Notes: a model not told the origin generated them from the sequence alone. Shown: positions 9,025-16,620, counted from the first letter of the stretch. The stretch is DNA of 18,415 bases from Promethearchaeota archaeon (GCA_018238625.1 JABCSY010000082.1:1-18415); one strand, 5' to 3'. Made by a program: numbers and translations.

Positions 9025-9414
9025 TTATTCTTTTTTCTCTAATTCTTCAATTCTTTTAGCGATATCCTCAATCGCGGTACCTATACCTTTAAGGTCAGAT
9101 TCTAAGTAATTTCTTTCTTGCTTTAACATGGCAACTTGATCTCCAGCGCTTAAAGGGGCCATTGGCGCATAAACGGGCGCAACAGGCATATAAGGAGGAT
9201 TAATAGGACCCCCATACCCATATCCTGCTCCGTAACCTCTACCGTATCCTCTACCGCGTCCAGCACCCCGACCCATCCCTCGGCCATAACCTCCGCCGTA
9301 ACCTAAGCCTACGCCTCTTGTATAGCCAGGACTGGCATATCCCGCGCAATATCCTAAACCTCTTCCTGTCATTGAACCATAACCTCTTGGTCCAGTTCTA
9401 TCTCCACCGGGCAT
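9025..9414 (-). CDS. DUF5320-family protein (Gly/Arg-rich, C-terminal coiled coil)
   Basis: MPGGDRTGP.G.G.MTGRGLGYCAG start, GRG repeats, C-terminal LKQE...LE..L..I...I..RIEELE. Confidence 0.88.
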   Translation of the reverse strand: MPGGDRTGPRGYGSMTGRGLGYCAGYASPGYTRGVGLGYGGGYGRGMGRGAGRGRGYGRGYGAGYGYGGPINPPYMPVAPVYAPMAPLSAGDQVAMLKQERNYLESDLKGIGTAIEDIAKRIEELEKKE

Positions 9415-9477
9415 TTTTTAACATCATCTCATTTTTATTGGTTTTTAATATTTTTTAAATTCAGATTTAGAATGCTA

Positions 9478-9559
9478 TTTTGGATAATCATTCACTATCT
9501 GTTCATTATTATTTATATATCAATTAGAGTATATAAACATTATGAATGATTATCCAAAA
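9478..9559. repeat. 17-bp perfect inverted repeat (TTTTGGATAATCATTCA ... TGAATGATTATCCAAAA): two operator copies flanking a TATA-like box
   Basis: Arms at 9478-9494 and 9543-9559. The spacer contains TATATAAAC, which reads TTTATATA on the minus strand toward DUF5320. Confidence 0.75.
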
Positions 9560-9749
9560 GACTATAGAACACCCACTCTCTTTAATAAATAAGAGTCTAA
9601 AAATCTTTAATTTAAAAATTATTCAATAATCTTTAATCTCCTAAGACAATATTTTTTTATGGTTAAAAAACTTTATAGATCTCATCTGGTGTTTCGAACA
9701 CTAAATTACTATTTTTACTACATTTTGATACTAAATAGAAAATTTAAGT

Positions 9750-9770
9750 ATTATGAATGATTATCCAAAA
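9750..9770. promoter_or_regulatory. Putative operator ATTATGAATGATTATCCAAAA
   Basis: Exact 21-bp direct repeat of 9539-9559, upstream of the NifX-iscU-radical SAM-tsaA unit. Confidence 0.7.
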
Positions 9771-9821
9771 CAAAATTATCAATATAAATATAATATATAA
9801 GTACTAAAATAAAAAGAGTAG

Positions 9822-10238
9822 GTGGTTTTAAAGTTGAAAATAGTTATATGTACAGAATCCGGAAATGTTGCCCAGCATTTTGGTCGAGCGCCTTTATTTA
9901 CATTTATTACGATTGAAGATAATAAAGTAATTGATAAAGAAGCCCTTCCCAATCCAGGGCATACAGTTGGAAGCATCCCTCAATTCATAAACGAGCAAGG
10001 TGCTACTTGCATGATCACGGGTGGAATAGGTCATAGAGCAGTTGGTTTTTTTAACGATTACGGAATAGAAGTTATTAGGGGCGTTATTGGCAGCGTTGAC
10101 GACACTATTGGAAAAATCTTAGATGGAACTTTAGAAGGTGGCGAAAACATTTGTTCTCCTGGTCTTGGTAAAGGTTATGGAGTAGAAAAAATCCATACAG
10201 AAGCAGACGATAATTCTGATCGCCACCATGACCATTAG
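9822..10238 (+). CDS. NifB/NifX family protein with His-rich tail (probable start TTG 9834)
   Basis: VAQHFGRAP.F, PNPGH.VG.IP, ITGGIG.RA, GTLEGGENIC, C-terminal HHDH. AGGTGG RBS precedes 9834. Confidence 0.9.
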   Translation: MVLKLKIVICTESGNVAQHFGRAPLFTFITIEDNKVIDKEALPNPGHTVGSIPQFINEQGATCMITGGIGHRAVGFFNDYGIEVIRGVIGSVDDTIGKILDGTLEGGENICSPGLGKGYGVEKIHTEADDNSDRHHDH

Positions 10239-10269
10239 TATTACACAATAAATAGGAATTCAATCCAAG

Positions 10270-10713
10270 ATGCCTGATGAAAATTTTGATGTGTTTTTCG
10301 CTAAGCTTCAAAAGGAGATAATGGAACAAGAAATAAAAGAATATAACGAATATATCGTTAATTTATTTCACAATCCAAAAAATTGGGGAAAACCTCCAGA
10401 TGAAGAGATCACTATTTCCCAAAAGTTTAAAGGGCCATGCGGGGATTCGATGTTATTCTTTTTAAAAATCAATGGTAATATAATTGAGAAAGCAAATTTC
10501 ATAACAGACGGTTGTGGGGCATCTTTAGCAACAGCGTGTCAAACTACGCTTCTAATAGAAGGTAAATCTTTAAGTTTTGCTGAAGCCTTAAAACCGGAAG
10601 ATCTTGACTTGGCTTTAAAGGGGTTGCCGGAAGATCATAAACATTGTGCTGAATTAGCGATAAGAACGTTAAGAAGAGCGATAAATAAATATAAAGCGTC
10701 AATGGTTAAATAA
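10270..10713 (+). CDS. iscU: IscU/NifU-N type Fe-S scaffold protein
   Basis: NPKNWG, GPCGD, DGCG, LP..HKHCA; all three conserved Cys present. Confidence 0.9.
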   Translation: MPDENFDVFFAKLQKEIMEQEIKEYNEYIVNLFHNPKNWGKPPDEEITISQKFKGPCGDSMLFFLKINGNIIEKANFITDGCGASLATACQTTLLIEGKSLSFAEALKPEDLDLALKGLPEDHKHCAELAIRTLRRAINKYKASMVK

Positions 10714-10752
10714 AAATAAATTTTTAAAAACTTGTATTATTTTTAAAAGAAT

Positions 10753-11685
10753 ATGAAATACGTGTATGGTCCTGTTCCTAGTAGACGATTAGGAAATTCG
10801 TTAGGAATCGACCCAATTCCCTCAAAAACCTGCAATTATCAGTGTATATATTGTCAATTAGGAAAAACAACTAATTTTACGAACGAGAGGAAAGATTTTT
10901 ACCCCCCAGAAGAAATTATTAAAGAGATGGAAGAGTCTATTAACCTTAATAAAAATAAGTTTGATTACATAACATTTGTAGGTAGTGGGGAGCCTACACT
11001 ATGCAAAAGTTTAGGCGAATTGATTTTAAAAGCAAAAAAATTATCTAAAAAACCGATATGTATAATCACTAATGGTAGTTTATTCTATCGCGAAGATGTT
11101 AGGGAAGAACTTATGTTTTCTGATGTTGTTTTGCCTACTTTAGATGCGGGAGATGAAAAATTATTCATTAAAATAAATCGTCCTCATCCCTCCATAAAAT
11201 TTGAAAAAATGATCCAAGGATACATTGATTTTAGGAAAGAATTCAGCGGAAAATTCTGGATAGAAATAATGTTAATGAAGGGTATTAACGATTCCAAAGA
11301 AGAACTATTAAAAATAAAAAATAAATTAGATTTAATCAAACCCGATAGAATTGACGTTAACGTTCCAATAAGACCTCCTGCTGAAAGTTGGGTGCAAATT
11401 CCCGATAAAAACGTTATATCGACTTTAAACGATGTTTTTGGAGAATATAATAATATTAATTTTCCTGAGCGAGGAAAATTTAGCGTTTTTAGTTCTAATT
11501 TTGAAATGGAATTAAAGAAATTACTTGAAAGACATCCTATGAGACAAGAACAAATTTTTGAAACATTTAGTTCAAAAAAGTTTAATGAGCAAGACATATT
11601 ACTTCAATTGAATACTCTAGCATCGCAGAATAAGATTAAAAAAGTAATTTACAATAACCAGCCCTTTTGGAAATTAATAAATTAA
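10753..11685 (+). CDS. Radical SAM protein, COG0731 (TYW1-related subgroup)
   Basis: YVYGPVPSRRLGNSLGID, CNYQCIYCQLG (CX3CX2C), GSGEPTL, TNGSL, LDAG, RPPAE, RHPM. Confidence 0.92.
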   Translation: MKYVYGPVPSRRLGNSLGIDPIPSKTCNYQCIYCQLGKTTNFTNERKDFYPPEEIIKEMEESINLNKNKFDYITFVGSGEPTLCKSLGELILKAKKLSKKPICIITNGSLFYREDVREELMFSDVVLPTLDAGDEKLFIKINRPHPSIKFEKMIQGYIDFRKEFSGKFWIEIMLMKGINDSKEELLKIKNKLDLIKPDRIDVNVPIRPPAESWVQIPDKNVISTLNDVFGEYNNINFPERGKFSVFSSNFEMELKKLLERHPMRQEQIFETFSSKKFNEQDILLQLNTLASQNKIKKVIYNNQPFWKLIN

Positions 11686-11706
11686 CAAATAACCTAATTA
11701 GTAGCT

Positions 11707-12198
11707 ATGCCAGTTTGTACGAAATGTAAAAAGGAAAAAGGATTAGACCAACTTGATAAATTTGACGACAAATTCATGTGTTATTCCTGTTTATATCAGA
11801 ATAATAAGCCGTTTAAGATCTTTCCAATCGGTTTTGTTGAGAATCAATTAGAACGAGGGGAAGGATTTGGGTTGAAAGGGAGTAGAAGTAATGTCTCTAA
11901 AATCCGTCTTTTTGAATCACAAAGACCATTTCTTTACAAATTGGAAGAAGACGAATGGATTACTGTTGTATATTATTTTCATAAACAGCGTAATATTCGA
12001 TCGACTTTTTCTCGAGGAATTGACGGGAAAAAAGTGGGTGTTTTCGCTTCTCGGACGCCTAATCGATTATCTCGCATTGGAATTAGTAATGTTAAACTAG
12101 TTAAAATTGAAGATACCACTTTATTCGTCGAAAATCTCGATGCGATTAACGGAACGCCAATTTTAGACGTTAAATTAGGTTCTAAAACGAGATGGTAG
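11707..12198 (+). CDS. tsaA: TsaA/TrmO-like SAM-binding protein with N-terminal CxxC..CxxC zinc finger
   Basis: PIGFV, GVFASRTPNR..IG, LDAINGTPILDVK are TsaA/TrmO signatures. N-terminal CTKC and CYSC. Confidence 0.8.
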   Translation: MPVCTKCKKEKGLDQLDKFDDKFMCYSCLYQNNKPFKIFPIGFVENQLERGEGFGLKGSRSNVSKIRLFESQRPFLYKLEEDEWITVVYYFHKQRNIRSTFSRGIDGKKVGVFASRTPNRLSRIGISNVKLVKIEDTTLFVENLDAINGTPILDVKLGSKTRW

Positions 12199-12265
12199 TA
12201 TAGATTAAAGATCTTTTTAGCTTATTATTTATTAGACAAAATAACTTGGAACAAATTAGAATTTA

Positions 12266-12405
12266 TTAACTCAAAAATTCTTTTAATTTTAACAATACTT
12301 CTGAGGTTTTTCCTTTTAAAAAATATCAACAATAGAATTAGTATATTTTGAATCTTCAATGTTAATTTCTATAAATTTTGCTCTATTTTTCTTGGCAATA
12401 AATGG
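12266..12405 (-). pseudogene. 3' remnant of a sirtuin paralog (frameshifted)
   Basis: Translates PFIAKKNRAKFIEINIEDSKYTNSIVD-(1-nt deletion)-FLKGKTSEVLLKLKEFLS*. This aligns with PYLAREKGARIIEVNIEPTKYTQSIVDIFLKGKATEVFMKLKKIL* of 15611-15748. Confidence 0.85.
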
Positions 12406-12526
12406 CGGAAAGAATTGTGTGAGAAATAGAAGATTTGAAAGTGAAGGCTATATATCTCCCGATTATGGCCTTCCAGATGGGTCTGAAGATAGTAAGTTAA
12501 AAGAATATTTTTCTAAAATAGATTAA
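12401..12526 (+). pseudogene. 3' remnant of a paralog of the small ORF at 16389-16610
   Basis: Translates NGGKNCVRNRRFESEGYISPDYGLPDGSEDSKLKEYFSKID*, versus NEGKNCIRKKRFEEEGYISPDYVLPDGSEDSKLK* in the intact gene. The N-terminal half is missing. Confidence 0.87.
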
Positions 12527-12599
12527 CAATGTCTTCACTAACAATATATATTTATTTTTATGAAAAATTTGGGAAAAAGGATTTAAAAAGATGAAAGCC

Positions 12600-13241
12600 T
12601 TAAAGTTCACCCTTTTCTCTTAGAGCATCGATCCATTCGGTCATTTGTTCAAGAAATTCCTTCCTTGCGGTTCTGATTTTTTTCGGAAGTTGGTTGACTA
12701 GATTTCTCTTTTGTTCCATACCATTATCTTCACAATCCCATATTTTATTTGTCCCGCAAAAACATAAAGGCATATCTGATTTTCCATCCCAATTCTCTGT
12801 TGTAAAAAATCCAAGTTTTTTCAGCGGTTTATCAATTGTTACGTCTAGCTGTATCCATTTTCCATCAATGAAAATTTTAAGATAGTTATGAAAGTCTATA
12901 ATTTCATACTCTTTGAGCATATCTATTAATTCTTCTGAAAAATTTACTATTTCATAATTCCCTGTCGGAAACCATATTAGATCCTTCCAACGTTGCATAC
13001 AGATCATATCCTTGGTTTTTAAACCGATACCTTTATATAATTCTTTAATTAGGAAATGTTTTCCCGAACAAGTCCCTTTATTTGCTTTATAAACGTCAAT
13101 GGGATTTCTTGAACTGATGCTACCAAAGCGGATGTCTCTTACTTTTTCAAAAATTTTTACAATTTGATCATTTAGAGATAGTTCATAGACACCCCATTCT
13201 TTTAGAATTTTATTTCTTTCTTTTTGACTTAAATATTCCAT
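12600..13241 (-). CDS. Transglutaminase-like (papain-fold Cys-His-Asp) protein
   Basis: VRDIRFG, GTCSGKH (Cys), FHNYL (His), GKWIQLDVT (Asp). GGAGG RBS. Confidence 0.8.
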   Translation of the reverse strand: MEYLSQKERNKILKEWGVYELSLNDQIVKIFEKVRDIRFGSISSRNPIDVYKANKGTCSGKHFLIKELYKGIGLKTKDMICMQRWKDLIWFPTGNYEIVNFSEELIDMLKEYEIIDFHNYLKIFIDGKWIQLDVTIDKPLKKLGFFTTENWDGKSDMPLCFCGTNKIWDCEDNGMEQKRNLVNQLPKKIRTARKEFLEQMTEWIDALREKGEL

Positions 13242-13289
13242 TTTTTTGAAACCTCCAAATTTTTATTAATTGAATAAGAAACAACAAGT

Positions 13290-13988
13290 TTAATATAATC
13301 TAAGAATCTGACCACATGAATACTCCCCTAATCCCGAAAGCCAAAGATTTACTGCCCAAATAATTTGATCAATATCTTTTTTATAATTAGGTCCAAGTGC
13401 AATTCCATTTAAAGAAACCCCTTGTGGGATAATATCCGCTGCTATTGAAGTCATCATTCCAGTAATTCCACTGGAACAAGCACATTCATGAATAGATCCA
13501 CTAAGAGTTATTTCTCCTTCACCTTCACCTTCTCCAGTATATCCAGTGGTAGTGATGAAAAAAACTATTCTCCCCTTTTTTACCTTGGTCATTAGGGGAA
13601 CCACAGCTTTTAACACTAAAAAATAATTAACTATCCAATCTTGAAATAAAAAATCCCATGTTTCTAAAGTTAGATCTTCTGGTTTTATTTTATGTTGTAG
13701 ATCATCAATATAATAAATACAAATCAAATAATTAATATCACCAAGCTTTTGATGGATTTCTTCAACAATATTAATCATATTGTCTTCATTCCCAGATTTT
13801 ACTGTTTTATAAATTGTTTTATTTTGAGTGTTTAAATTATTCGTAATTTCTTCATCTTTATGAGAAACAAGATCTATCAAACCGAGATTAACTTGGTTTT
13901 GAGCAAGATACTTACTTACTATTTTTCCAATGAAAGTATTTACTCCGAATATAATACAATTCTGGCCTTTATATAAATTTTCTTTCAT
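13290..13988 (-). CDS. Degenerate short-chain dehydrogenase/reductase-like protein
   Basis: SDR layout (GRIVF, QGVSLNGIALGP, GQIL). The Gly-rich motif reads FGVNTFIG and the YxxxK position reads ECACS. Confidence 0.7.
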   Translation of the reverse strand: MKENLYKGQNCIIFGVNTFIGKIVSKYLAQNQVNLGLIDLVSHKDEEITNNLNTQNKTIYKTVKSGNEDNMINIVEEIHQKLGDINYLICIYYIDDLQHKIKPEDLTLETWDFLFQDWIVNYFLVLKAVVPLMTKVKKGRIVFFITTTGYTGEGEGEGEITLSGSIHECACSSGITGMMTSIAADIIPQGVSLNGIALGPNYKKDIDQIIWAVNLWLSGLGEYSCGQILRLY

Positions 13989-14004
13989 CGATCTTCACCT
14001 CTTT

Positions 14005-14796
14005 TTAAAGATATGTGATCCCTCCATCTGAGAGAAGTGTTAGACCGCTAATTTTCGGTGATTTAGCTAAAGAGAAATATGCATATATTTCTGCCACTTC
14101 TTCTGGAGTAATCATTTTACCCGTTTTAGATTTTTTATTTAACTCTTCAATGCCCTTTTCAACGTCCTTTCCTCGTCCTTTCACTACTCTCCTTATCATG
14201 GGAGTATCACAATGCCTTAAAACTAAAGTAAAAGTTCGAATATTATCGTGTTTGTATTTTTTAGAAATGTACTTTGCTAAACCTATAAAAGCAGATTTAC
14301 CGGCAAGATAAGAACAAGGTATCCCAGAAGAAGACAAAGGTGCCCCAGTAAAAACTATTCTCCCCCATTTATTTTTCTTCATATATGGAGTCGCCATAAG
14401 TGTACAATACATTGCACCAGAAAGATCAATCTTTATTGTTTTAAGAAACTCATTATAAGAAATTTCAGGAAAGTCACCTGTACCGTGAACGGCAGCATTA
14501 TTGATGAGAACATCTACTCCATTATTTTTTTTTAATATTTTTTGAAACATTTCTCTTACTTCTACCTTACTTGAAATATCATATGGGACTGCCATTGCTC
14601 TTGGTTCTTCATATTGTTTATTGATATAATTTGCAAGTTCAGTGGTTTCCTTAATATCACAAATATACACAAAAGATCCCAATTCTGCAAATCTTTTACA
14701 AATTTCCCTCCCAATACCACCAGTTGCACCAGTGACAAGCGTCACTTTTCCTTTTAGGGCATTTTTTTCTTCATATGACATCTTCTTCTTATTCAT
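14005..14796 (-). CDS. SDR-family NAD(P)-dependent oxidoreductase (FabG-like)
   Basis: TGATGGIG, DVLINNAA, WGRIV, catalytic YLAGK, TPEEVA, SG..L..DGG. Confidence 0.9.
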   Translation of the reverse strand: MNKKKMSYEEKNALKGKVTLVTGATGGIGREICKRFAELGSFVYICDIKETTELANYINKQYEEPRAMAVPYDISSKVEVREMFQKILKKNNGVDVLINNAAVHGTGDFPEISYNEFLKTIKIDLSGAMYCTLMATPYMKKNKWGRIVFTGAPLSSSGIPCSYLAGKSAFIGLAKYISKKYKHDNIRTFTLVLRHCDTPMIRRVVKGRGKDVEKGIEELNKKSKTGKMITPEEVAEIYAYFSLAKSPKISGLTLLSDGGITYL

Positions 14797-14842
14797 AATA
14801 GTAAGTAGTAAAAATCTTGATCATTTTTGTTTTTTATTTTTT

Positions 14843-14989
14843 TCACAGATCTCGGAAGTGCGGAACCACCCTGAAAAGGTTTCTGAAGGTGAAGCTGCAA
14901 TATATGGAATGATCGCAAGTTTGCCTGATCGCGCTAAAGTCAAGAATTTCATCATAATCTTCTTATAGACGTAATATAAGATCAACTAA
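14843..14989 (+). pseudogene. 3' remnant of a sphingosine-1-phosphate-lyase-like PLP-dependent enzyme gene
   Basis: SEVRNHPEKVSEGEAAIYGMIASLPDRAKVKNFIIIFL*T*YKIN* resembles the S1P-lyase C-terminal pattern (P....G.A.IYGM....PDR..V......FLD.LY) as I recall it. A T-rich terminator-like tract follows. Confidence 0.6.
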
Positions 14990-15042
14990 AGATATATTTC
15001 TTTTTCCATTTTTTTAATAATTATCGGATTTTAAATTTCAAT

Positions 15043-15447
15043 TTAAATTGAAAACACTTTTTTTGCTTCATCTAGCGCCGTTATTAATTCTGATAACTCC
15101 AGTTTCTGCAAACCATCCGGAATTGGAAATTTTGGAGGTTTTCCACCTAGAAGTTTCATCCATGCTTGACAAGCATATAAGGGAACTCCTACCTTATTTG
15201 CCTCTTTTATTAATTCGAAAGGATCTGAAGGGATACCCATCATAGCCGCATTTTTCTCTATATCTTTCGCATGTGGTTCCAAACCATGTATAAATCTAAA
15301 ATTTTTGTCCACAAGAGCTGCTAATCCTTCTTGCATAAACACAACATTTACATCTTCTCCTTTCTTCTTTTTATTCATTGCAATAACGAGGGCACTTAGA
15401 TAAGAGTTAATTGTTCCCTCCTTACACAATATCACGGTTTCTACCAT
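15043..15447 (-). CDS. DsrE/DsrF-like (DrsE_2-type) protein
   Basis: ALVIA......G.DV.VVFMQEGL, ELIKEA...GV.LYAC with the conserved Cys. Confidence 0.75.
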   Translation of the reverse strand: MVETVILCKEGTINSYLSALVIAMNKKKKGEDVNVVFMQEGLAALVDKNFRFIHGLEPHAKDIEKNAAMMGIPSDPFELIKEANKVGVPLYACQAWMKLLGGKPPKFPIPDGLQKLELSELITALDEAKKVFSI

Positions 15448-15610
15448 TTTTTATATTCACTTTTAATATTTTTTAATTGATTATTATAAAGCTTATAGCA
15501 ATAAGATAAAAGCTTATCTAACTTAAAATCTAAAACCTTTTTTTATAATTTTTAATTACAATATAGGTTTTCTCCTGTTAAAATCTAAGAAAGGAGAAGT
15601 ATTATTAGAA

Positions 15611-16372
15611 TTAAAGTATTTTTTTGAGTTTCATAAATACTTCTGTAGCTTTTCCTTTTAAAAAAATATCAACAATTGACTGAGTGTATTTGGTAGGTTC
15701 AATGTTGACTTCAATAATTCGTGCACCTTTCTCTCTTGCAAGATATGGAATTAAAGAAGCAGGCATTATTTCTCCAGTAGTTCCTACTAATATAAACAAT
15801 TCGGCTGTCGAAGCGTATTTATTCGAAAGATTTTGAGCTTCAGCGGGAATTGGTTCACCAAAAAATACAAAATCAGGTTTTAGCAAACCATCACAACTGG
15901 GACAGTGAGGAGGTAATTTTTCTTTATTTACAAGGTTATTACTATTAAATTTTTGAGTACAATTTAAACAGGTTAAGGTTCTTGATGTTCCATGATATTC
16001 TACAATACTTTTACTTCCTGCTTTATGATGCAGATTATCTATATTTTGGGTAATTATACCATTAATTAATCCTTTTTTTTCTAGTTCTGCGATGATATAA
16101 TGAGCTTTATTTGGTTTTGCTTGATTGAAAAACTCATAAAAAATCTCATATATCAATCCCCAAGATTCTTTTGGATATTTCCTAAAATTACTCATTAATA
16201 AAAAGGATGGATTATATTTACTCCATAGTCCATCTTCACCACGAAAAGGTGGAATTCCACTTTCGACAGAAATTCCTGCTCCTGTAAAAAGTACGGTATT
16301 CTTAGATTCCAAAATCCATTCTGCAGCTAATTGATAATCATCGATTTTCAATTTAAATTCCCTTTTAGACAA
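15611..16372 (-). CDS. cobB: NAD-dependent protein deacylase, Sir2/CobB family
   Basis: TGAGISVESGIPPFRG, PNKAH, TQNIDNLH, EYHG, CLNC..CPSC zinc site, KPDFVFFGE, GTTG, EVN. Confidence 0.95.
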   Translation of the reverse strand: MSKREFKLKIDDYQLAAEWILESKNTVLFTGAGISVESGIPPFRGEDGLWSKYNPSFLLMSNFRKYPKESWGLIYEIFYEFFNQAKPNKAHYIIAELEKKGLINGIITQNIDNLHHKAGSKSIVEYHGTSRTLTCLNCTQKFNSNNLVNKEKLPPHCPSCDGLLKPDFVFFGEPIPAEAQNLSNKYASTAELFILVGTTGEIMPASLIPYLAREKGARIIEVNIEPTKYTQSIVDIFLKGKATEVFMKLKKIL

Positions 16373-16388
16373 AAATAATAGTAATATA

Positions 16389-16610
16389 ATGTTTATAAGT
16401 GATATGAAGAAATTTTTTTGTCGCTGGTATGATGAAACTTCCGCAATAAAACGAGCTTATGATAAAGGTTTGATTGAGAAAAAATGGGTCGAAAATTATT
16501 GCTGGAACGAAGGTAAAAATTGTATTCGAAAAAAAAGATTTGAAGAAGAGGGATATATATCGCCTGATTATGTTCTTCCAGACGGGAGCGAGGATTCTAA
16601 ATTAAAATAG
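16389..16610 (+). CDS. Small Cys-containing hypothetical protein (C.WY...W.E.YC....C.R...PD..LPDG); probable start ATG 16404
   Basis: A second diverged copy at 12401-12526 differs largely at synonymous positions, which supports coding status. AGTGA RBS-like site before 16404. Confidence 0.75.
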   Translation: MFISDMKKFFCRWYDETSAIKRAYDKGLIEKKWVENYCWNEGKNCIRKKRFEEEGYISPDYVLPDGSEDSKLK

Positions 16611-16620
16611 TTTTCTAAGA

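Noticed and set aside
9692-9736. TTTCGAACACTAAA / TTTTGATACTAAA as DtxR/MntR boxes
   Set aside because: Too degenerate and AT-rich to distinguish from background.
9478-9770. Repeats read as a CRISPR array or MITE ends
   Set aside because: There are only three copies here, in mixed orientation with irregular spacing, and no cas genes, target-site duplication or transposase. Further copies upstream of related genes favour an operator.
1901-10713. Nitrogen fixation cluster
   Set aside because: No nifH/D/K/E/N genes. The ATPases are COG1149/Mrp rather than NifH, and the radical SAM enzyme looks like COG0731 rather than NifB.
14642-14842. 5' part of ORF 14642-14968
   Set aside because: It is antisense to the SDR gene and crosses a T-rich intergenic tract. 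Only the part from 14843 looks like real (relic) coding sequence.
855-15245. Antisense/overlapping ORFs in the track (855-1166, 1169-1462, 2747-2968, 4043-4339, 5112-5321, 5947-6144, 8692-8916, 9779-9976, 10105-10329, 11184-11597, 11891-12100, 12694-12885, 14015-14311, 15048-15245)
   Set aside because: They are shadows of well-supported genes and have no recognisable motifs.
15570-15598. TTCTCCT...AGGAGAA hairpin downstream of the sirtuin
   Set aside because: 7-bp stem with a 15-nt loop and no adjacent U-tract; too weak to call a terminator or ncRNA.
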